A stretch of 42,498 nt of DNA from Chitinophagales bacterium (GTDB lineage Bacteria; Bacteroidota; Bacteroidia; Chitinophagales; UBA10324): positions 1 to 42,498 of the forward strand of contig JBDSEA010000230.1 of the NCBI GenBank assembly GCA_039920305.1, read 5' to 3'. Positions 40,027 to 42,498 of this stretch are shown here, piece after piece. The translations under genes and the position numbers were made by a program. The notes beneath the pieces are model-generated. The model worked only from the letters and a program-made list of their open reading frames with translations. It made no database searches and was not told the DNA's origin. How positions within the stretch are numbered: position 1 is the first letter of the stretch; every line of letters starts with the position of its first letter.

Positions 40027-40118
40027 CCCATCCAGACCGCCTCATTACTTGATAATGCCTTGTAAGTCAATCACTTATGAGGCATTTTTTCATTTCGGGG
40101 TAAACATAGGGTAAACAT
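40027..40118 (+). mobile_element. Probable attachment-site scar of a tyrosine-integrase element (tRNA 3'-end fragment, hairpin, arm-type direct repeat)
   Basis: cccatccagaccgc (40027-40040) resembles a tRNA-Asp 3' end. A 14-bp hairpin at 40054-40086 contains an IHF-like site. gggtaaacat is repeated exactly at 40098-40107 and 40109-40118. No integrase is present in the window. Confidence 0.5.
40054..40090 (+). terminator. Terminator-like hairpin downstream of the PhoH gene
   Basis: Stem aatgccttgtaagt / acttatgaggcatt (two G.U pairs), 5-nt loop, followed by a T-tract. Confidence 0.75.
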
Positions 40119-40303
40119 TATGTTGCTTACGTAGACTGGTGTAAGAACATTTCTTGCATGGCTTACCTTTGGTAGTCTACAATTTCTTTGCTGCATCAAT
40201 TCCGCTGAACCCCTACGTCTGATATATATTTTCAAATCCTTTAGCTTCGAATTTTCTTGAAGCATATTCTCATATTTTTCGCAAGCGGTATACGGCTTTC
40301 TCC

Positions 40304-40430
40304 CTGTTAGTGGGGATTTATAATATTTGTAATCCCGACCTTAACAGAAGAGAGGTTTTGTAAATCCGGAACCATAAATTAATAAAAGAGTTGATCCGGG
40401 TGAGGCCGGGAATACAAATCCCGGCCAGCG
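40304..40430. repeat. Inverted pair of REP-like palindromes
   Basis: Right copy: ggccggga-atacaaa-tcccggcc-agc (40404-40429). Left copy: gttagtggggattt[ataatattt]gtaatcccgacc (40306-40340), which resembles the reverse complement of the right copy. Confidence 0.55.
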
Positions 40431-40474
40431 CAATGAGGACAACCGCCAATAAAAAAATTCATTTATCACTATTC

Positions 40475-40535
40475 TATTCGTCGGTGATATCACGTGATTG
40501 AAATGCAGGTGGGCGGGTGAGAACACCTGCGAATA
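40475..40535. repeat. Second inverted REP-like pair
   Basis: tattcgtcggtgatatcac (40475-40493) matches the reverse complement of 40517-40535 (tattcgcaggtgttctcac) at 15 of 19 positions. Confidence 0.45.
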
Positions 40536-40630
40536 AACAGTGTCAAATGCATTTCAATAGAAGTCTCGCAAAGCGCCATCCGTTTCAATTTCTTCCGCGA
40601 AAAAGAATTTTTCTTTCGAATAACTCCCCT

Positions 40631-40638
40631 TATCTTTG
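40631..40638 (+). promoter_or_regulatory. -7 promoter element (TATCTTTG)
   Basis: Exact TAnnTTTG match 25 nt upstream of the proposed CTG start at 40664. Confidence 0.7.
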
Positions 40639-40663
40639 GTTAGTCATTTATTAATAAATCGTA

Positions 40664-42498
40664 CTGAAAAATTTAAAATCTCTTTGCAATATTTTCTTTC
40701 TTCAAATATCCACTGTTCACTCACAGTGTATTTGCAATGGCGCGGAAATAAACATTTCAACTTTTTCCGGCTGGCCAAAAATGTATGACATCGGTGTTGA
40801 TGATGAGATCTGGGACGTCGAACCAATTGCAGATCCTTCCGGCGTCAAGGATGACGGGTACATTGCGGTTGGGTCTGCTGATATGGGAATTACAGGCAAA
40901 GACATTTGTATTATGCGACTTAACCCCGATGGTTCTAAATACACCGTTGGTGTCTGGGGAATCACAAATCCCATAATCGTTGATGCCCAAGCCAGCGCAG
41001 ACGTAGCTTACCAGGTAGAACAAACAACTGATGGCTTTCTTATTATTTGCGGGTCCACTGCAACAGATCATTTTAATCCTATGGGCAACAAAAACAATAA
41101 TGCCTGGGTTGGAAAATTAAAGCTGGATGGTACCTGGGCATCTGGTTGGAACAGCGGTCTGTATCCCGGTAAAGAATATGGAGGTACCGGCAACGATATT
41201 GGCTATGATATAAAACAGGACAATTTTGGTGATTACGTAATTGCCGGCACAGCAAATATTGGAAATTTTGACGTTCCACCAATGGTGCATGTAGATGGTG
41301 ATTACTGGGTTTTTAAAATTCCTCCCAACGGGAATCTTAACCCTGCTTACTCAAAAGTTTACTCCGGCGATGCTGATGCAGTGGGTCTTGATTATGCGCG
41401 CAGTCTGGTTATTGACTGCTATACTAATTATTATGTTGTATCCGGATTTTGCACATCTTGCAATTCTCAACCCTCTATTAACTCTCAATTGCTTCTCGTT
41501 AAAATTAAACCTGATTTTACCACTTTTACCTCTGAACATTACGGCAATATCAATGCTCAGTTCACATGGGATTATGGCTCCTTCAATGTTATTCAAACTC
41601 ATGATGGAACATTCAATTCTTGCGCAGGCATCAATGATGGATTCTTATCCCTCGGTATTCAGCATCCGGAATTTTTTTATGGATGCTGGGGGGGCACTCA
41701 TGATTTCTGGGCAGTTAAGACCTTAAATAATATTGCAAATCCGAATCTAAGCTTTACATACCAATGCGTCAATGCGAATGTAGGCGGATCCTATGGAGGC
41801 AGAAAAAATGATAAGGGATTCAGCTCGGCATTAACATGTGGCGGTTATTTACTTGCGGGGATTACTGAATCAAATAAACCCGCTCAACCTGGCTGCCCAT
41901 CATGTGAAGTTTCTTGTAATCATTATGATTGTCCTCCCGACGTATCTTCTGAGGATATTTGGCTCGTTAAAATTGACCCTATCACCAACCAGTTTATTTG
42001 GAACGAATCAATAGGCAAAATCGGTAATGATGGTGCGTATACCATCAAAAGGGTGTACGATGGTTCCTATATAGTTGCAGGTTATACTACAAACAATTTT
42101 GAGAAAGATTTTTATTTCAGAAAGTTTGAGCTGGCTCAACCCTGCGTCGCACCCGGAGGTCTGTCAATTCTTACCGCTGCCGTTTGTGCCAAGGTAAGCT
42201 GGACTGTAGAACCGTGTGTCTGGAAGTATAAGCTGGAATATCAGGAAGACAACGGACCATGGATTGCCATTGATGGTGCTATAAGCCCTTTTACAATTAC
42301 TGATAATACAGTTGCGGGAACTGGCTATTTTAAGTGGAGGGTCACATCCTATTGTTCACCCAATAAATTTACTACCATCTATGGATCTCCTTTCTCTATC
42401 AGTTATTGTAATGGCTGCACTTGTCCGTTAAGAGTTGGAAATGAAAGTGATGCTTCAGAATATGGTAATAATTTCCTTTCAGTTTATCCCAATCCATC
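40664..42498 (+). CDS. Cys-rich secreted beta-propeller-repeat + FN3-like protein with T9SS CTD (3'-truncated by the window; absent from the ORF track)
   Basis: Manual translation shows an uninterrupted frame from 40658 to the window end. It begins (M)KNLKSLCNIFFLQISTVHS|QCIC. Repeats include YGGTGNDIGYDIKQ...YVIAG, DYWVFK, DFWAVK, YGGRKNDKG, DIWLVK and IGNDGAY...YIVAG. An FN3-like unit (CVAPGGL...VSW...WRVTSYC) follows, and the frame ends at LSVYPNP, the start of a T9SS CTD. Confidence 0.85.
   Translation, partial: MKNLKSLCNIFFLQISTVHSQCICNGAEINISTFSGWPKMYDIGVDDEIWDVEPIADPSGVKDDGYIAVGSADMGITGKDICIMRLNPDGSKYTVGVWGITNPIIVDAQASADVAYQVEQTTDGFLIICGSTATDHFNPMGNKNNNAWVGKLKLDGTWASGWNSGLYPGKEYGGTGNDIGYDIKQDNFGDYVIAGTANIGNFDVPPMVHVDGDYWVFKIPPNGNLNPAYSKVYSGDADAVGLDYARSLVIDCYTNYYVVSGFCTSCNSQPSINSQLLLVKIKPDFTTFTSEHYGNINAQFTWDYGSFNVIQTHDGTFNSCAGINDGFLSLGIQHPEFFYGCWGGTHDFWAVKTLNNIANPNLSFTYQCVNANVGGSYGGRKNDKGFSSALTCGGYLLAGITESNKPAQPGCPSCEVSCNHYDCPPDVSSEDIWLVKIDPITNQFIWNESIGKIGNDGAYTIKRVYDGSYIVAGYTTNNFEKDFYFRKFELAQPCVAPGGLSILTAAVCAKVSWTVEPCVWKYKLEYQEDNGPWIAIDGAISPFTITDNTVAGTGYFKWRVTSYCSPNKFTTIYGSPFSISYCNGCTCPLRVGNESDASEYGNNFLSVYPNP

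Noticed and set aside
40015-40045. Intact tRNA gene
   Set aside because: Only a 14-nt 3'-end-like fragment is present, with no T-loop, anticodon arm or D arm.
40717-41726. Short ORFs listed in the track in this region
   Set aside because: All are alternative frames overlapping the long plus-strand ORF that starts near 40664.
1-42498. CRISPR array, prophage, defence island, retron or DGR
   Set aside because: I saw no regularly spaced repeats and no cas, phage, reverse transcriptase, integrase or transposase genes. The PglZ domain here belongs to PorX, not to a BREX system.

Overview
The window is chromosomal DNA from a Bacteroidota bacterium. Evidence: TAnnTTTG -7 promoters, a SusC/SusD pair, fused SecDF and LpxC-FabZ, PorX, five T9SS cargo proteins, and Gln after most signal peptides. 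Most of it is recognisable housekeeping and envelope content: pdhB, secDF, an RlmI-like methyltransferase, porX, an HD hydrolase followed by lpxD, lpxC/fabZ, lpxA and an ABC ATPase, rpsL-rpsG-fusA, paaN, and a PIN-PhoH protein. The secreted T9SS proteins are a putative starch-binding protein, a GH13 amylase, a blue-copper/Ig-repeat protein, an FN3-sulfatase, and a large Cys-rich beta-propeller/FN3 protein. That last protein is absent from the ORF track, appears to start at CTG and runs off the window end. I found no intact rRNA, tRNA, CRISPR array, integrase or transposase, and I cannot support a clearly new multi-gene system. The best leads are: (1) a T9SS-exported type-1 copper protein on an Ig stalk; (2) a ~650-bp spacer (40015-40663) holding a probable tRNA-Asp attachment-site scar and two REP-like inverted doublets; (3) the CTG-initiated secreted ORF; (4) a permease-less ABC ATPase with Asn at the H-switch that overlaps lpxA; and (5) a str operon ending at fusA, followed by an orphan HigA instead of rpsJ. 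All family calls come from motif recognition by eye, not from database searches.
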